From the NCBI GenBank assembly GCA_963783575.1, contig CAWAOD010000009.1, positions 640,001 through 704,000 on the forward strand: a stretch of 64,000 nt of DNA, read 5' to 3'. This document shows, piece by piece, positions 41,932-52,815 of this stretch (positions are counted from its first letter, which is position 1; every line of letters begins with the position of its first letter). Below the pieces are notes generated by a model, which ran no database searches, was not told the origin of the DNA, and worked only from the letters and a program-made list of their open reading frames with translations. The translations under genes were made by a program, and so were the position numbers. The DNA is from an uncultured Spirochaetota bacterium. GTDB taxonomy: Bacteria > Spirochaetota > Brevinematia > Brevinematales > JAOACQ01.

Positions 41932-43134
41932 ATGAGAAAAATTGTTATTTGTCTTATTATATCTTTCCTTATCAATTTGCCGGCATTCGATATCTTTTCA
42001 ATAAGTTTTGATACCAGGGAAATAATTGATTCTTATGCGTTTCCACCTGCCGATAAACACAATCCTGAAGTAATGAGAAACATCAGCCTGACATTAAGCG
42101 CCTATTCGGGCTATTGTAATAGTTTTAATATTAGAACAGTTGATAATTTTGAGAAACAGATAAAAGATGGAAAGACAAAAATATATTTGAACGGCGAAAA
42201 ACTCACTTATAAAGAAACTCAAGCGATCGCTTTCGCTTTAAAAATAAATAGAACTGTAACATACATTGCGATGAATGATAATTTTCTCGGAGATGCGGGT
42301 GCCCTAAGCCTTGCAAATATGATCCTGGAAAACAATACCTTGAAAACAATAGAGCTGAACAATTGCTGCATCGGGGAAGCAGGAATAAAATCATTATTAT
42401 CCATTCAAATGACAAAAAAAATATCGGATATAAAAATCATCAATCTAAGTCCGGTCGATGATGACAAACTAAATTTATATTTATATCTAAACACCTGCTA
42501 TAAGTATCAAGTTTATCCTCAGGAAAGATATATTATATATTTCGAAACTGATAAAAACGCAATTGTAATACCGTACATCATCGATCAAAATATTAAATTG
42601 ACGGAAGGACCGGTAAAAATTAATGCCGATTTACTTACAAATTATGATTTGACAGAGGAATTAAAAGTTTTATCGGGTGTATTGAATTATTCTAAATCTA
42701 TCAAATACTGTTTTTTATCGGGTTTGAATTTAACAAATACTGTCACAGGGGATTTACTTAACATTATTTTAAATAATGAAAATATAATTAATATAACTAT
42801 CAAAAAATGCTGTTTTGATGACGCCAATGCCGGCATATTTTTCGCTGCATTGGGAAAGGATGATCATGTTGAATCATTGGCAATGCAAAACTGTGTTTTT
42901 TCTGATTTTATTATGAACAAATTGGTAAATATGCTGAAGATTAATCAATCTATAAAAAATTTCAGTTTTACTGATAATACAAATTCTACTGAATCTTCTC
43001 TGGATTTGATTAAAGCTCTTTGTTTTAAAAATGAAACAATTAATTATCTTGTATTGAAAGGGATGGTCGTTTCTGATGATATATATCTTCCTATATTAAA
43101 AAATAAATTCCCGGGCAGAAAATTAACACAATAA
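41932..43134 (+). CDS. Exported leucine-rich-repeat protein (ribonuclease-inhibitor type)
   Basis: Signal peptide; ~28-aa repeats such as NFLGDAGALSLANMILENNTLKTIELNNCCIGEAG, in two blocks. Confidence 0.75.
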   Translation: MRKIVICLIISFLINLPAFDIFSISFDTREIIDSYAFPPADKHNPEVMRNISLTLSAYSGYCNSFNIRTVDNFEKQIKDGKTKIYLNGEKLTYKETQAIAFALKINRTVTYIAMNDNFLGDAGALSLANMILENNTLKTIELNNCCIGEAGIKSLLSIQMTKKISDIKIINLSPVDDDKLNLYLYLNTCYKYQVYPQERYIIYFETDKNAIVIPYIIDQNIKLTEGPVKINADLLTNYDLTEELKVLSGVLNYSKSIKYCFLSGLNLTNTVTGDLLNIILNNENIINITIKKCCFDDANAGIFFAALGKDDHVESLAMQNCVFSDFIMNKLVNMLKINQSIKNFSFTDNTNSTESSLDLIKALCFKNETINYLVLKGMVVSDDIYLPILKNKFPGRKLTQ

Positions 43135-43266
43135 AAATATTGCATCCTTTTATGTTATCCCGGCTTATTATATTAAGGTATATCTTCTTTATTTCATGAA
43201 GGGTTTATTGATTAATAATCAGTTTGATGATAAAATTTTCTAAGATGTTTTATCCGGGGATCGAGT

Positions 43267-44142
43267 ATGCAGTGCAAGCTATGTCTGAGCGATAATTTGA
43301 GAAAAAAGTTTACAATAAAGAATTTTGATGTTAATTTTGATATTATGGAATGCATGGAATGCGGCTTTCAATTCCGGGATATTTCAGAAAATGAAGCCTA
43401 TGATTTTTATAACGAAGGTTATTACAATGGAAGCGCTTCTTTTTCATATATTGATGAGAGAAAAATCGAAGAAGCGTCCAGGAATATCTGGAAAAAAAGA
43501 ATTGCAATATTAAAATCTAAGGATAAAAGCCGTGATAAAGTAAAAAATTTTCTGGATATCGGCTGTTCATTCGGAGGATTGCTGCAGACGGCTGGCGAAG
43601 CCGGATATGTGCCATATGGTATGGAAATTTCGAAATATTCGGGAAAATACGCTCAGGAACGTTTCGGAAGCGGCAGTGTCTGGATCGGCAACATCGAAAA
43701 CCTGGAACTGCCCGGAAGCTTTTTTTCAATAGTGACAATGATTGAAGTAATAGAACACCTTTATTCGCCGGTAAAAGCGCTGAATAATATTTATAAAACC
43801 ATGAAAAAAGGCGGGGTACTTTTAATACAAACTGCAGATATGGCAGGTCTTCAGGCTGTTCTGCAGGGAAATACTTACCATTACTATCTTCCCGGGCATC
43901 TTTCATATTTTACAAGGAAAAATCTTCGGAATACTTTGATTAAAACAGGTTTTAAGAAGATTAAAATTTACGGCGGGGTGGAGTTTGGAATATTCCCGAA
44001 ACTTTTAAAATCCAGTTCCAGCTTCAGGAAAACACTCGATTATTTAAAATGGGCAAGGATCATTTTTTATCATTATTTAAGTAAAATTATTATTTTTGAT
44101 ATTCATTTGACAAGTTCTATGGTGGTCCTTGCCTGGAAATGA
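43267..44142 (+). CDS. Class I SAM-dependent methyltransferase with N-terminal Zn motif
   Basis: CKLC..CMECG; FLDIGCSFG; EVIEHL. Confidence 0.88.
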   Translation: MQCKLCLSDNLRKKFTIKNFDVNFDIMECMECGFQFRDISENEAYDFYNEGYYNGSASFSYIDERKIEEASRNIWKKRIAILKSKDKSRDKVKNFLDIGCSFGGLLQTAGEAGYVPYGMEISKYSGKYAQERFGSGSVWIGNIENLELPGSFFSIVTMIEVIEHLYSPVKALNNIYKTMKKGGVLLIQTADMAGLQAVLQGNTYHYYLPGHLSYFTRKNLRNTLIKTGFKKIKIYGGVEFGIFPKLLKSSSSFRKTLDYLKWARIIFYHYLSKIIIFDIHLTSSMVVLAWK

Positions 44143-44167
44143 TTTTTCAAAGGATTAAGGCGAATTT

Positions 44168-45034
44168 ATGGAAACAGTAAAAAAAATAACTATGTTCTTT
44201 TTTATTTCTCTCATCTTTCATTTTTATCTGATACTTGCTTTGCTTTATACCGTTGATAAAAGAGCTCTCGATCAATTTTTCAATTTTTTTAAAAACCATA
44301 AGACACAAACGGCGGAACAAAAAGCTGATAAAAATATTGAACCCGTTCTTGAAGATGTTATCGTTGAAACGATGACATCCTCGGAAAAAACCCCTGAGAA
44401 AGGGAAAATATCTGATAAACCCAATCTAAACAGCGGTGTGAAAGGAAACAGCGATAACTATAATTATATTAATTTCAGTCCTGGAAATAAACAGATTCAA
44501 ATTAATCCCGTTAATATTCCTGAAAATAAAACAGCGGTACCGGATACAAAACAGGGGCAGCCTGTACAGGAAGATAAAAACCCTGTAGCAGGAGTCCAGC
44601 CGGAAAAAAATACATTAAATTCAAACCGCGGTGGTGATGATTATCATACTTCATTTTTTGATGTGTATAAACCGGTTGATATAACTATGAATAATCAGGG
44701 TGACTTGTCGCTTGCCACAATACCTACAAAGTATGCCGATTATTTTCTAGCCGTACAAAAAAAAATAGCTGATAAGTGGGGGACATTCTTTCCGGTATTT
44801 CAATATTATCAGGGCATAATAAAAAGCGGAAACGTAATAATCCATTTCAATATCGAAACTAACGGAGATATAAGCGGGGCGGCCGTGATAAAATCTTACG
44901 GTTACAGCATAATTGACGAATCCTGCCTCAATGCAGTTATTTACTCAAAGAATTTCGGCCCTCTCCCGGATGAATTAAAAGCTAAAAGTCCGGTATCAAT
45001 AGATTTTAATTTTCAATATTTATCCAGACAGTAA
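44168..45034 (+). CDS. TonB-family protein
   Basis: N-terminal TM with SLIFH, polar linker, C-terminal F.IETNG.I..KSYGYSIIDE..FGPLP. Confidence 0.72.
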   Translation: METVKKITMFFFISLIFHFYLILALLYTVDKRALDQFFNFFKNHKTQTAEQKADKNIEPVLEDVIVETMTSSEKTPEKGKISDKPNLNSGVKGNSDNYNYINFSPGNKQIQINPVNIPENKTAVPDTKQGQPVQEDKNPVAGVQPEKNTLNSNRGGDDYHTSFFDVYKPVDITMNNQGDLSLATIPTKYADYFLAVQKKIADKWGTFFPVFQYYQGIIKSGNVIIHFNIETNGDISGAAVIKSYGYSIIDESCLNAVIYSKNFGPLPDELKAKSPVSIDFNFQYLSRQ

Positions 45035-45078
45035 TATCAATATAGTGATATCTATAGAAAATAATTTATTTTTAGCGG

Positions 45079-45112
45079 AAAAAAGAGCGGGACATAAAAT
45101 CCCGCTCTTTTT
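45079..45112. terminator. Bidirectional intrinsic terminator
   Basis: AAAAAGAGCGGGA-loop-TCCCGCTCTTTTT between convergent genes. Confidence 0.88.
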
Positions 45113-45146
45113 ATTGAATAAAATTTATTAATCGGCAGGCAGTCGA

Positions 45147-46559
45147 CTAGTAGCGGTAATGGTCGGCTTTGAACGGCCCTTCCTCTTTCACGCCGATATA
45201 ATCAGCCTGATTTTTTGAGAGTTTCGTCAGTTTGACACCGATTTTTTCAAGATGAAGTCTTGCGACTTCCTCATCGAGGTACTTCGGTAGGCGGTATACA
45301 CCGATTTTATAACTGTCCCTGTTCTTCCAGAGGTCGATTTGAGCAAGAGTCTGGTTCGTAAATGAATTCGACATTACAAACGAGGGATGCCCGGTAGCAC
45401 AGCCCAGATTGACAAGCCTTCCCTCGGCAAGGATATAGATTGTGTGTCCGTCGGGGAAGATATATTTATCATATTGCGGTTTGATATTTATCTTTTTAAT
45501 TCCTTTATAATTTTCCAGCTTATCCATCTGGATTTCATTATCAAAATGACCGATGTTACATACAATCGCTTCATCCTTCATCTTTTCCATATGACCGATT
45601 GTTATAATATCGCAGTTGCCCGTTGCCGTTACATAAATATCGCCGGTGCCAAGGGTATCTTCAACCGTTTTGATTTCATAACCTTCCATAGCGGCCTGAA
45701 GCGCGCAAATTGGGTCGATCTCTGTAATAATTACGCGGGCTCCCATGCCTTTCAGGGCTTTTGCGGAACCCTTTCCCACATCGCCATAACCGCAGACCAC
45801 GGCGACTTTTCCCGCAATCATAACGTCGGTCGCTCTTTTTATTCCATCAACCAATGATTCTCGGCAGCCATAAAGATTGTCGAATTTTGATTTTGTTACA
45901 GAATCGTTGACATTGATTGCAGGAACCAATAATTCTCCTTTTTCCATCATCTGGTAGAGCCTGTGAACTCCTGTTGTTGTTTCCTCCGAAACACCCTTCC
46001 AATCCTTAATAATTTTATGCCATCTCTGAGGATCTTCTTTCAGGATTGATTTCAATATTTTCTTAAGCTCATCCTCATCCTTTCCGCTGCTTTTTGAGTC
46101 AAGCACCAAGGCATTATTTTCGGCCTGGAAGCCCAGATGAATCATCAAAGTTGCGTCACCGCCGTCATCAACAATAAGCTGAGGACCTTTTCCTCCAGGA
46201 TAATTTAAAGCCTGTTTCGTACACCACCAATATTCTTCCAGTGTTTCACCCTTCCAGGCAAAAACCGGAACCCCTGATTTTGCAATAGCAGAGGCGGCAT
46301 GATCCTGTGTCGAGAAAATATTACAGCTGCACCAGCGAACTTCTGCTCCAAGCTTAACAAGGGTTTCTATCAATACGGCGGTTTGAATTGTCATATGCAG
46401 TGAGCCGCTGATTCTGACCCCGGAAAGCGGTTTTTCCTTTGAATATTTTTCGCGAATCGCCATTAATCCCGGCATTTCTTTTTCGGCAATCTCAATCTCC
46501 TTCCTGCCCCATTCGGCAAGAGAGATGTCCTTCACTTTGTAATCCATATATACCTCCAT
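45147..46559 (-). CDS. ahcY: Adenosylhomocysteinase
   Basis: [53 protein letters not shown]. Confidence 0.97.
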   Translation of the reverse strand: MEVYMDYKVKDISLAEWGRKEIEIAEKEMPGLMAIREKYSKEKPLSGVRISGSLHMTIQTAVLIETLVKLGAEVRWCSCNIFSTQDHAASAIAKSGVPVFAWKGETLEEYWWCTKQALNYPGGKGPQLIVDDGGDATLMIHLGFQAENNALVLDSKSSGKDEDELKKILKSILKEDPQRWHKIIKDWKGVSEETTTGVHRLYQMMEKGELLVPAINVNDSVTKSKFDNLYGCRESLVDGIKRATDVMIAGKVAVVCGYGDVGKGSAKALKGMGARVIITEIDPICALQAAMEGYEIKTVEDTLGTGDIYVTATGNCDIITIGHMEKMKDEAIVCNIGHFDNEIQMDKLENYKGIKKINIKPQYDKYIFPDGHTIYILAEGRLVNLGCATGHPSFVMSNSFTNQTLAQIDLWKNRDSYKIGVYRLPKYLDEEVARLHLEKIGVKLTKLSKNQADYIGVKEEGPFKADHYRY

Positions 46560-46574
46560 AAGCGTTCTGGATCA

Positions 46575-47500
46575 TTATTTAATTTTTGGCTGTGTTTTAT
46601 CCTTAACTGCAAGGTAAAGAACAGCTTTTAACCCCTTTTTTAATTCATAAAATTCCGTTTTCTTAACCACAAAACCCACAGCATTAAGCCATCCTTTCAA
46701 TTCAACTTCTTCAAAACCAAGCCATCGGTCATTGTATTTTTTTCTTAATGTTTCATTATTATGCTTATCAAATTCGACTATAACGGCCTTTTTACCTTTT
46801 TTCAATATCCTGTAAGCCTCTGTAATTCCTTCAAAAGGAGAAGCCAGGTGATGGAGTGCCATATTGATCAATGCGAAATCCGCTTCTTCATCCTTCAGCG
46901 GAAGATGTTCAAGTTCGCCGATTCTCAAATCAAAACCGTCATTTTTAGCAAACCTTTCTTTAGCCGATTTTAGCATATTGGGGGAATTATCCACTCCGAT
47001 TACTATATCTGCCTTTTTCTTCAATACCGGCAATAAATCACCGGTTCCGCAACCTAAATCAGATGCAATCCTGCACTTGTCCATAATTTCCAGGATCAAT
47101 CTATTTAGGTCAAAATCTCCGAGAATATCTTTTTTCAGGAGTTCCCAGTCCTGTGCGACACTGTCAAAAAAGCGGCTCGTTTCTTCAAGGGTTTGTTTCC
47201 TCACTTCCTTTATTTTAGATAAATCCCTGGCAGTAATTTCATCATTTTTAATAAAAGGCCTGATAGCCTGAATAAAATCGAATCCTTCTCCTGTTTCAAC
47301 TGTTTTATAAAAAACCCAAGCCCGTCCCTTCTGAATTTCAACAGATTGCAGTCTGTAAGAATTTTGAGATGCCTTGAAATACGGGATTGGCCCATGCTTA
47401 ATACTGACATAATCTCATTAACATTGAGCTCATTATCAATCAGTAAATTTAAAACCCTTAATCTTGTTTCATCTGCAAGAGCTTTGAAAAAATTAATCAT
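46575..47500 (-). pseudogene. sahR: ArsR-HTH plus methyltransferase regulator (SahR-like), frameshift at ~47318
   Basis: FKALADETRLR..QSRISRHLKIL. Adding one T restores RRDGLWVFYK and joins the DLGCGTG domain; directly upstream of ahcY. Confidence 0.82.
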
Positions 47501-47510
47501 TTAATACATC

Positions 47511-47562
47511 ACTATATCAAGATATCTTGATATAGTTTAAATTACAAATTTATTTTTGTCAA
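47511..47562 (-). promoter_or_regulatory. sahR-ahcY promoter with perfect 26-bp palindromic operator
   Basis: ACTATATCAAGATATCTTGATATAGT (47511-47536); minus strand TTGACA-N17-TAAACT. Confidence 0.85.
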
Positions 47563-47613
47563 TATATGAAATAAAATAAATAATAATTTATGAATAATTT
47601 TTCCAATTACAGC

Positions 47614-48808
47614 CTATTTCAGCAATTTATAAACGGAGATATAAACTGTTCCTGAGTTATCAATAAATTTATTCCTTGTGTCAGCCGCTATAAAAATTAT
47701 TCTATCGCCTTTTGTTAAATTAAGATCAAGAGAATTATATAATTTTACGTTTTTTATCATTTCTTCCGCTTCCTTAATCGAATCCTGGAATGAAGGGCTG
47801 CCGATATTGTAATTATATATTATAAGTCTTCCTTTGCTATCCCAGGTTATATCTCTGTTTACATAAATCATCAACGAGGTGGTATACCCTGAATAAGACA
47901 GACCAGCGCTTTTAGTTATACTGTAGGCTCCTCCTGTTATAACGAACCGGTATGTCCCGTCGGAATCCACCGTGAACCTGCTGCCTTCCTCATTAATTCC
48001 CATTACATTAATATTACTGACATAATATTGATTTATGACCATATTTGCAGTCTCGCCCGGGCCTAACTTCACCATATCGCTGAATGAATATTTCCCGCCG
48101 CTTATATTTCTGATATTAACATTGTATTCCGTATCCGCCAGTATTTTCAGGCTGATTGAGAAATTGTCATTGGTTACTTTCGCGACCTGTTTGCCATTGA
48201 TCGAAAGGTCTGCTTCCTGCCCCCCGAGTTTTGTATTGTTGAAATTAAGATAAGCAAGCTTCATTTCTTCATCCAGAACTGTTTTAACAATCCGAGAGTC
48301 TCAAATTATCGATCGAATCAAAAATATCAACATCCGTCGGAATATTTGACTCATTTGTCAAAATTTCACCTGTAATTCTGCTCCAGATTTTCATACTTAC
48401 TGCTGCATTCGGATTTTCTTTCATTCCATTAAGTTCATAATCTCCGAATATTATAAAATCACAATTGTAACGTTCCGAAATCTCTGCAATACTTTCTTCT
48501 CTTACCGAAATATCATTCAGAACCGTTTTGTCCGGTATATCTATTTTTGGGATGAGTGAAAAGAAGCTGTAGAATGAATTAAAAACTATTGTTCTAAATA
48601 TTAATGGGTTTGGATATATCGAGCTGCTTTTTTTGTAATCGAAAGGAGCAATAATGATCCTGTGTGTTCCAACAGTTTTTTTTTCACCTGATATTTCAAT
48701 ATAACCTGTATTTGTTACAATATTATCTTCTTTCACTGATTCTCTGGAACAGCGGGATGAGAGAATGAAAATAATAGCCAATACCGGTATTATAAAAATA
48801 GACTTCAT
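47614..48808 (-). pseudogene. Putative lipoprotein split by a frameshift at ~48300
   Basis: Signal peptide with Cys; one extra base after SIDNL puts SRIVKTVLDEE-MKLAYL in frame with ORF 47614..48264. Confidence 0.6.
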
Positions 48809-49334
48809 AATGACCTCCAGGTCAGATTATAATAAACATTATAATTAACAGGTACAGACTTGTCAACGGGTCAACTTTCAGATGAAACTTCCGGATAAAA
48901 AATATTTTTAATAACATAAAATTTATAAAATATTTATTTTCTTCTTATAATTACAGATATATCAATACAATAGGCTTGAAGAAAAATATATTTATTATCT
49001 TTTTATTTGTATATATTATAAAGAAATACAAACCTAAATTGAAATAATAGTATTTTGATAATTTTGGATTTTTAAGAGGAAATAAAATATAATAAGTATA
49101 TTGGTAATTTATTTAATAAATTCTAAAGGTGTTTTTATGATCTGTTTTTTTAGCATGGTTCGATCATCAATCCTGCAATTCAATATTAAAAAATTAATCA
49201 TAGAAATCTATTATTTAATGGCTCAATTCGAAAAATTCATCATATTATCAATTTTGAAAAAAATTAAATCACATATTTACATTTTGCTGCCCGGTTAAAC
49301 AAATGTTTTTATAGGCGGATTGGGAGGGGAATCT

Positions 49335-51443
49335 ATGGAGCAATTGGTAAAGGAATTGGTCCAATCAAAAAAAACTTTAAATCAAGCCGCTTTTGTCACT
49401 AAAAGAGACGGAAGGGTTGCTGATTTTGACGCATCAAAGATCGCTTCAGCAGTAAGTAAGGCTTTTGATGCGACAGGCGAAGGCAATTACAATCAGGCCT
49501 GGGAAATCACCGCGATGGTTGTGAGTAAACTGGATACGAAAGTTGTTGAAATCGAGCATATTCAGGACATGGTTGAAGACACGCTGATGAACATGGGCCA
49601 TAGAAAAGCCGCAAAGGCCTATATCCTTTATCGCGCCAAAAGGAATGAAATCCGTAATATCAACAAAACCCTTAATGAGAGCCTGAATATAATCGAAGAT
49701 TATGTTCATTTAAGAGACTGGCGGGTCAACGAAAACAGCAATATGAGCTATTCTCTTCAGGGGCTCAATGCCCATGTTTCTTCAACAATCACTGCCAATT
49801 ACTGGCTTTCAAAGATCTATACTCCCGAAATAGGCGAAGCTCACAGGAGTGGCGCTCTGCATGTTCATGATCTCGGTTCTTTATCGGCTTACTGTGTAGG
49901 CTGGGATCTGGAACAGCTTCTTATAATGGGTTTCGGCGGCGTCAGCGGCAAGGTTGAAAGCAAGCCCGCAAAACACTTCCGGTCGCTTCTGGGACAGATT
50001 GTAAATTTTTTTTATACTCTTCAGGGAGAAGCCGCGGGTGCACAGGCTTTTGCCAACTTTGACACGCTTCTCGCACCTTTTATCAGGTACGACAAACTTT
50101 CGTATGAAGAAGTCCGGCAGGCTCTTCAGGAGTTTGTATTCAACCTTAATGTGCCGACCAGGACCGGTTTTCAGACACCTTTTACAAATATTACATTCGA
50201 CCTTGTCTGCCCTAGCTATCTTAAGGATAAAGGAGTCATAATCGGCGGTGAAATCCGCGATGAGAGCTATTCGGAATTTAAAACCGAGATGGAATACATC
50301 AACAGGGCATTTGCAGAAGTTATGCTGTCCGGCGACGCAAAAAACAGGCCTTTCACGTTCCCGATTCCGACTTACAATATAACAAGAGACTTTGACTGGG
50401 GAAACCCTGCTTACGAAGCCATCTGGGAAATGACGGCAAAATATGGCACTCCATATTTCAGCAATTTTATAAATTCCGACATGAATGTGGAAGACGCCAG
50501 AAGTATGTGCTGTCGGCTGAAGCTTGACAACCGGGAAGTTCGCGCTCAGCTTGATAAAATGACTATCGCAGGGAATTATGCTGAAGAAACCGATCATTTT
50601 AAAAGAGGAGGGCTTTTCGCGGCAAATCCCATGACCGGTTCAATCGGGGTAGTTACGATCAATCTTCCGCGTATCGCATACATATCTCAAAATGATGCTG
50701 AGTTTTTCGCCAACTTAAAGCAGATGATGGAAATATCCAGGACATCCCTTGAAATGAAAAGAAAAATAATCGAAGAATTGACAGATATCGGATTATATCC
50801 ATATACCCGGATTTATCTTGAGGACATTAAAAAAAGAAGCGGCAGATACTGGACAAACCATTTTTCAACAATTGCATTGATCGGTATGAATGAAGCCGTT
50901 ATGAATTTTCTGAAAATGCCTTATCATTCAGATAAAGGAAAGGCGTTTGCCATAAAAGTCCTGGATTTTATGCTTGAAACAATGGAATTGTTCAAGTCCG
51001 AAACCGGAAATCTTTATAACCTCGAAGCATCGCCTGCCGAAGGAGCCAGCTACCGCCTAGCGAAGGCAGATAAAAAGAGGTTTCCCGACATATTGTCCTC
51101 GGGAACGGAAGAGGCGCCTTATTACACAAATTCCGTACATCTGCCGGTAAATATTACCGATGATATTTTCGAAGTACTGGATCACCAGGATGAACTGCAA
51201 GCTAAGTTTACAGGAGGCACGGTAATCCATATTTTCCTGGGAGAGAAAATCAACAATTATCGGGCAATCGCAGAAATTGTCAAGACTATATCAAGCCAAT
51301 ACCGTCTTCCGTATTTTTCAATAACACCGACTTTTTCCGTATGCCCAATACATGGCTATATTTCAGGAGAGCATTGGACCTGCCCATATCCGCATACGGA
51401 AGAAGAGCTGAAAAAATACGGGAAGTACATAGAAAGTATTTAA
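49335..51443 (+). CDS. nrdD: Class III ribonucleotide reductase, large part (ATP cone and catalytic barrel, no glycyl-radical loop)
   Basis: VTKRDG ATP cone, HVHDL, SMCCRL, TGSIGVVTINLPR, TGGT, CPIHGY; ends with TAA before the RVVGY motif. Confidence 0.93.
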   Translation: MEQLVKELVQSKKTLNQAAFVTKRDGRVADFDASKIASAVSKAFDATGEGNYNQAWEITAMVVSKLDTKVVEIEHIQDMVEDTLMNMGHRKAAKAYILYRAKRNEIRNINKTLNESLNIIEDYVHLRDWRVNENSNMSYSLQGLNAHVSSTITANYWLSKIYTPEIGEAHRSGALHVHDLGSLSAYCVGWDLEQLLIMGFGGVSGKVESKPAKHFRSLLGQIVNFFYTLQGEAAGAQAFANFDTLLAPFIRYDKLSYEEVRQALQEFVFNLNVPTRTGFQTPFTNITFDLVCPSYLKDKGVIIGGEIRDESYSEFKTEMEYINRAFAEVMLSGDAKNRPFTFPIPTYNITRDFDWGNPAYEAIWEMTAKYGTPYFSNFINSDMNVEDARSMCCRLKLDNREVRAQLDKMTIAGNYAEETDHFKRGGLFAANPMTGSIGVVTINLPRIAYISQNDAEFFANLKQMMEISRTSLEMKRKIIEELTDIGLYPYTRIYLEDIKKRSGRYWTNHFSTIALIGMNEAVMNFLKMPYHSDKGKAFAIKVLDFMLETMELFKSETGNLYNLEASPAEGASYRLAKADKKRFPDILSSGTEEAPYYTNSVHLPVNITDDIFEVLDHQDELQAKFTGGTVIHIFLGEKINNYRAIAEIVKTISSQYRLPYFSITPTFSVCPIHGYISGEHWTCPYPHTEEELKKYGKYIESI

Positions 51444-51446
51444 CTA

Positions 51447-52579
51447 GTGCTTAATTGCAATAATAAGCGTTATTAATTATAATCTTAGACATAAAAAAGG
51501 AGGTTGTATGTCTAAGAAAACGCAAGTTATAACATGCACCAAAGCGGATGAAATTATTCTTGATAGTTGGGTGAGAAGCCGAACTATGGAAGCGCGACTT
51601 GTAGAGAGGGCGAAAATAATTGTCAATAGCCTGAAAGGACAAAATGTATCTGAGATTGCGGCTGACCTTCACATAAGACCAAATACGGTTATTGATTGGA
51701 AAAAAAGATTTCAGCAAAAAGGAATTGATGGATTGTATGATCTGCCCAGGTCAGGAAAGCCAAAAATATATGGGCAGAATTTCAGGGACAAAGTTTTAGA
51801 AACTCTGGAAAAAACACCGCCTATCGGGCAGGCAATTTGGGATGGTCCGGCTTTAGCAAAACATTTAAACACATCAACGCATGCGGTATGGAGGGTTTTA
51901 AGAAAAGAAGGAATTTGCTTATCCCGACAGCGAAGTTGGTGTGTCAGCACTGATCCTGAATTTTCGACAAAAGCCACAAATATTATTGGGTTGTATTTAA
52001 ATCCGCCGATGAATGCATTGGTTATATCTGTAGACGAAAAACCTGGTATTCAAGCGTTGGAAAGGACAACCGGCTATGTAGAGACGGATAATGGAAAAAT
52101 TGTAAGAGGATACAAAAGTACATATAAAAGAAATGGAACGCTGAACCTATTTGCTGCGCTGGAAGTAGCTACAGGGTTAATACACACCCAAACTACTGAA
52201 TACAAAAGACGTATTGAATTTCTTGAGTTTATGGATAGAGTGGTGGTAGATGTTTCAAAAGATAAAGAAATTCATGTAATTTTAGACAATTATTGTATTC
52301 ACAAAAAGAACGATGAATGGTTATCCCGGAATAAGAATGTTTTTTTTCATTACACGCCTACTTCGGCAAGTTGGTTAAATCAGGTGGAAATATGGTTTGG
52401 TATTATGAGCCGAAAAGCTCTTAGAGGCGCCAGTTTTAAAAACACGGAAGAATTGAGAGAAGCAATAGATGCATTTGTTAAAGCATACACTGAAACCGCA
52501 AAACCTTTTGTGTGGAGAAAACGGGAAGTGAAAGGTTCTCAATTAAGAAATACTATCGTTAACTTACGCAATTAAGCAC
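51447..52579 (+). mobile_element. IS630-family element (1133 bp)
   Basis: Inverted repeats GTGCTTAATTGC and GCAATTAAGCAC; TA duplication at 51445-51446 and 52580-52581 within a CTAG target. Confidence 0.92.
51508..52575 (+). CDS. IS630-family transposase
   Basis: DLPRSGKP, SVDEKPGIQAL, YKRNGT, ILDNY, SWLNQVEIWF. Confidence 0.93.
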   Translation: MSKKTQVITCTKADEIILDSWVRSRTMEARLVERAKIIVNSLKGQNVSEIAADLHIRPNTVIDWKKRFQQKGIDGLYDLPRSGKPKIYGQNFRDKVLETLEKTPPIGQAIWDGPALAKHLNTSTHAVWRVLRKEGICLSRQRSWCVSTDPEFSTKATNIIGLYLNPPMNALVISVDEKPGIQALERTTGYVETDNGKIVRGYKSTYKRNGTLNLFAALEVATGLIHTQTTEYKRRIEFLEFMDRVVVDVSKDKEIHVILDNYCIHKKNDEWLSRNKNVFFHYTPTSASWLNQVEIWFGIMSRKALRGASFKNTEELREAIDAFVKAYTETAKPFVWRKREVKGSQLRNTIVNLRN

Positions 52580-52630
52580 TAGTTGTTAGTCATTAGCTGC
52601 TGGTCGCTAGCAGCTAATGACTGGCGGCTA
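52580..52630 (+). repeat. 24-bp hairpin built of degenerate heptamer repeats
   Basis: TAGTTGT TAGTCAT TAGCTGC TGG-TCG-C TAGCAGC TAATGAC TGGCGGC TA; fully paired if G-U is allowed. Confidence 0.8.
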
Positions 52631-52648
52631 ATATATCGGAGGGGAATT

Positions 52649-52807
52649 ATGCTGGAAAAAAATGAAAACAAGAAGCTCGTTATTCCAACTGAGGTTTATT
52701 CAAGGGTTGTCGGCTATTACAGGCCGGTACAGCACTGGAATACCGGCAAACAGCAGGAATTCAGCGAGAGAAATACCTATGAGAAAAAACTGGCATTGCA
52801 AGATTAG
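52649..52807 (+). CDS. Stand-alone NrdD glycyl-radical domain
   Basis: 52 aa; TEVYSRVVGYYRPVQHWNTGKQQEFSER; own GGAGG RBS. Confidence 0.88.
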   Translation: MLEKNENKKLVIPTEVYSRVVGYYRPVQHWNTGKQQEFSERNTYEKKLALQD

Positions 52808-52815
52808 CGGAGCTT

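Noticed and set aside
48810..49330. Small ORF 49101..49298 or NrdR boxes upstream of nrdD
   Set aside because: Low-complexity AT-rich ORF with no recognisable motif, and no convincing NrdR-box match.
51444..52807. IS630 as the cause of nrdD truncation
   Set aside because: The nrdD stop precedes the insertion site and the small gene has its own RBS and ATG.
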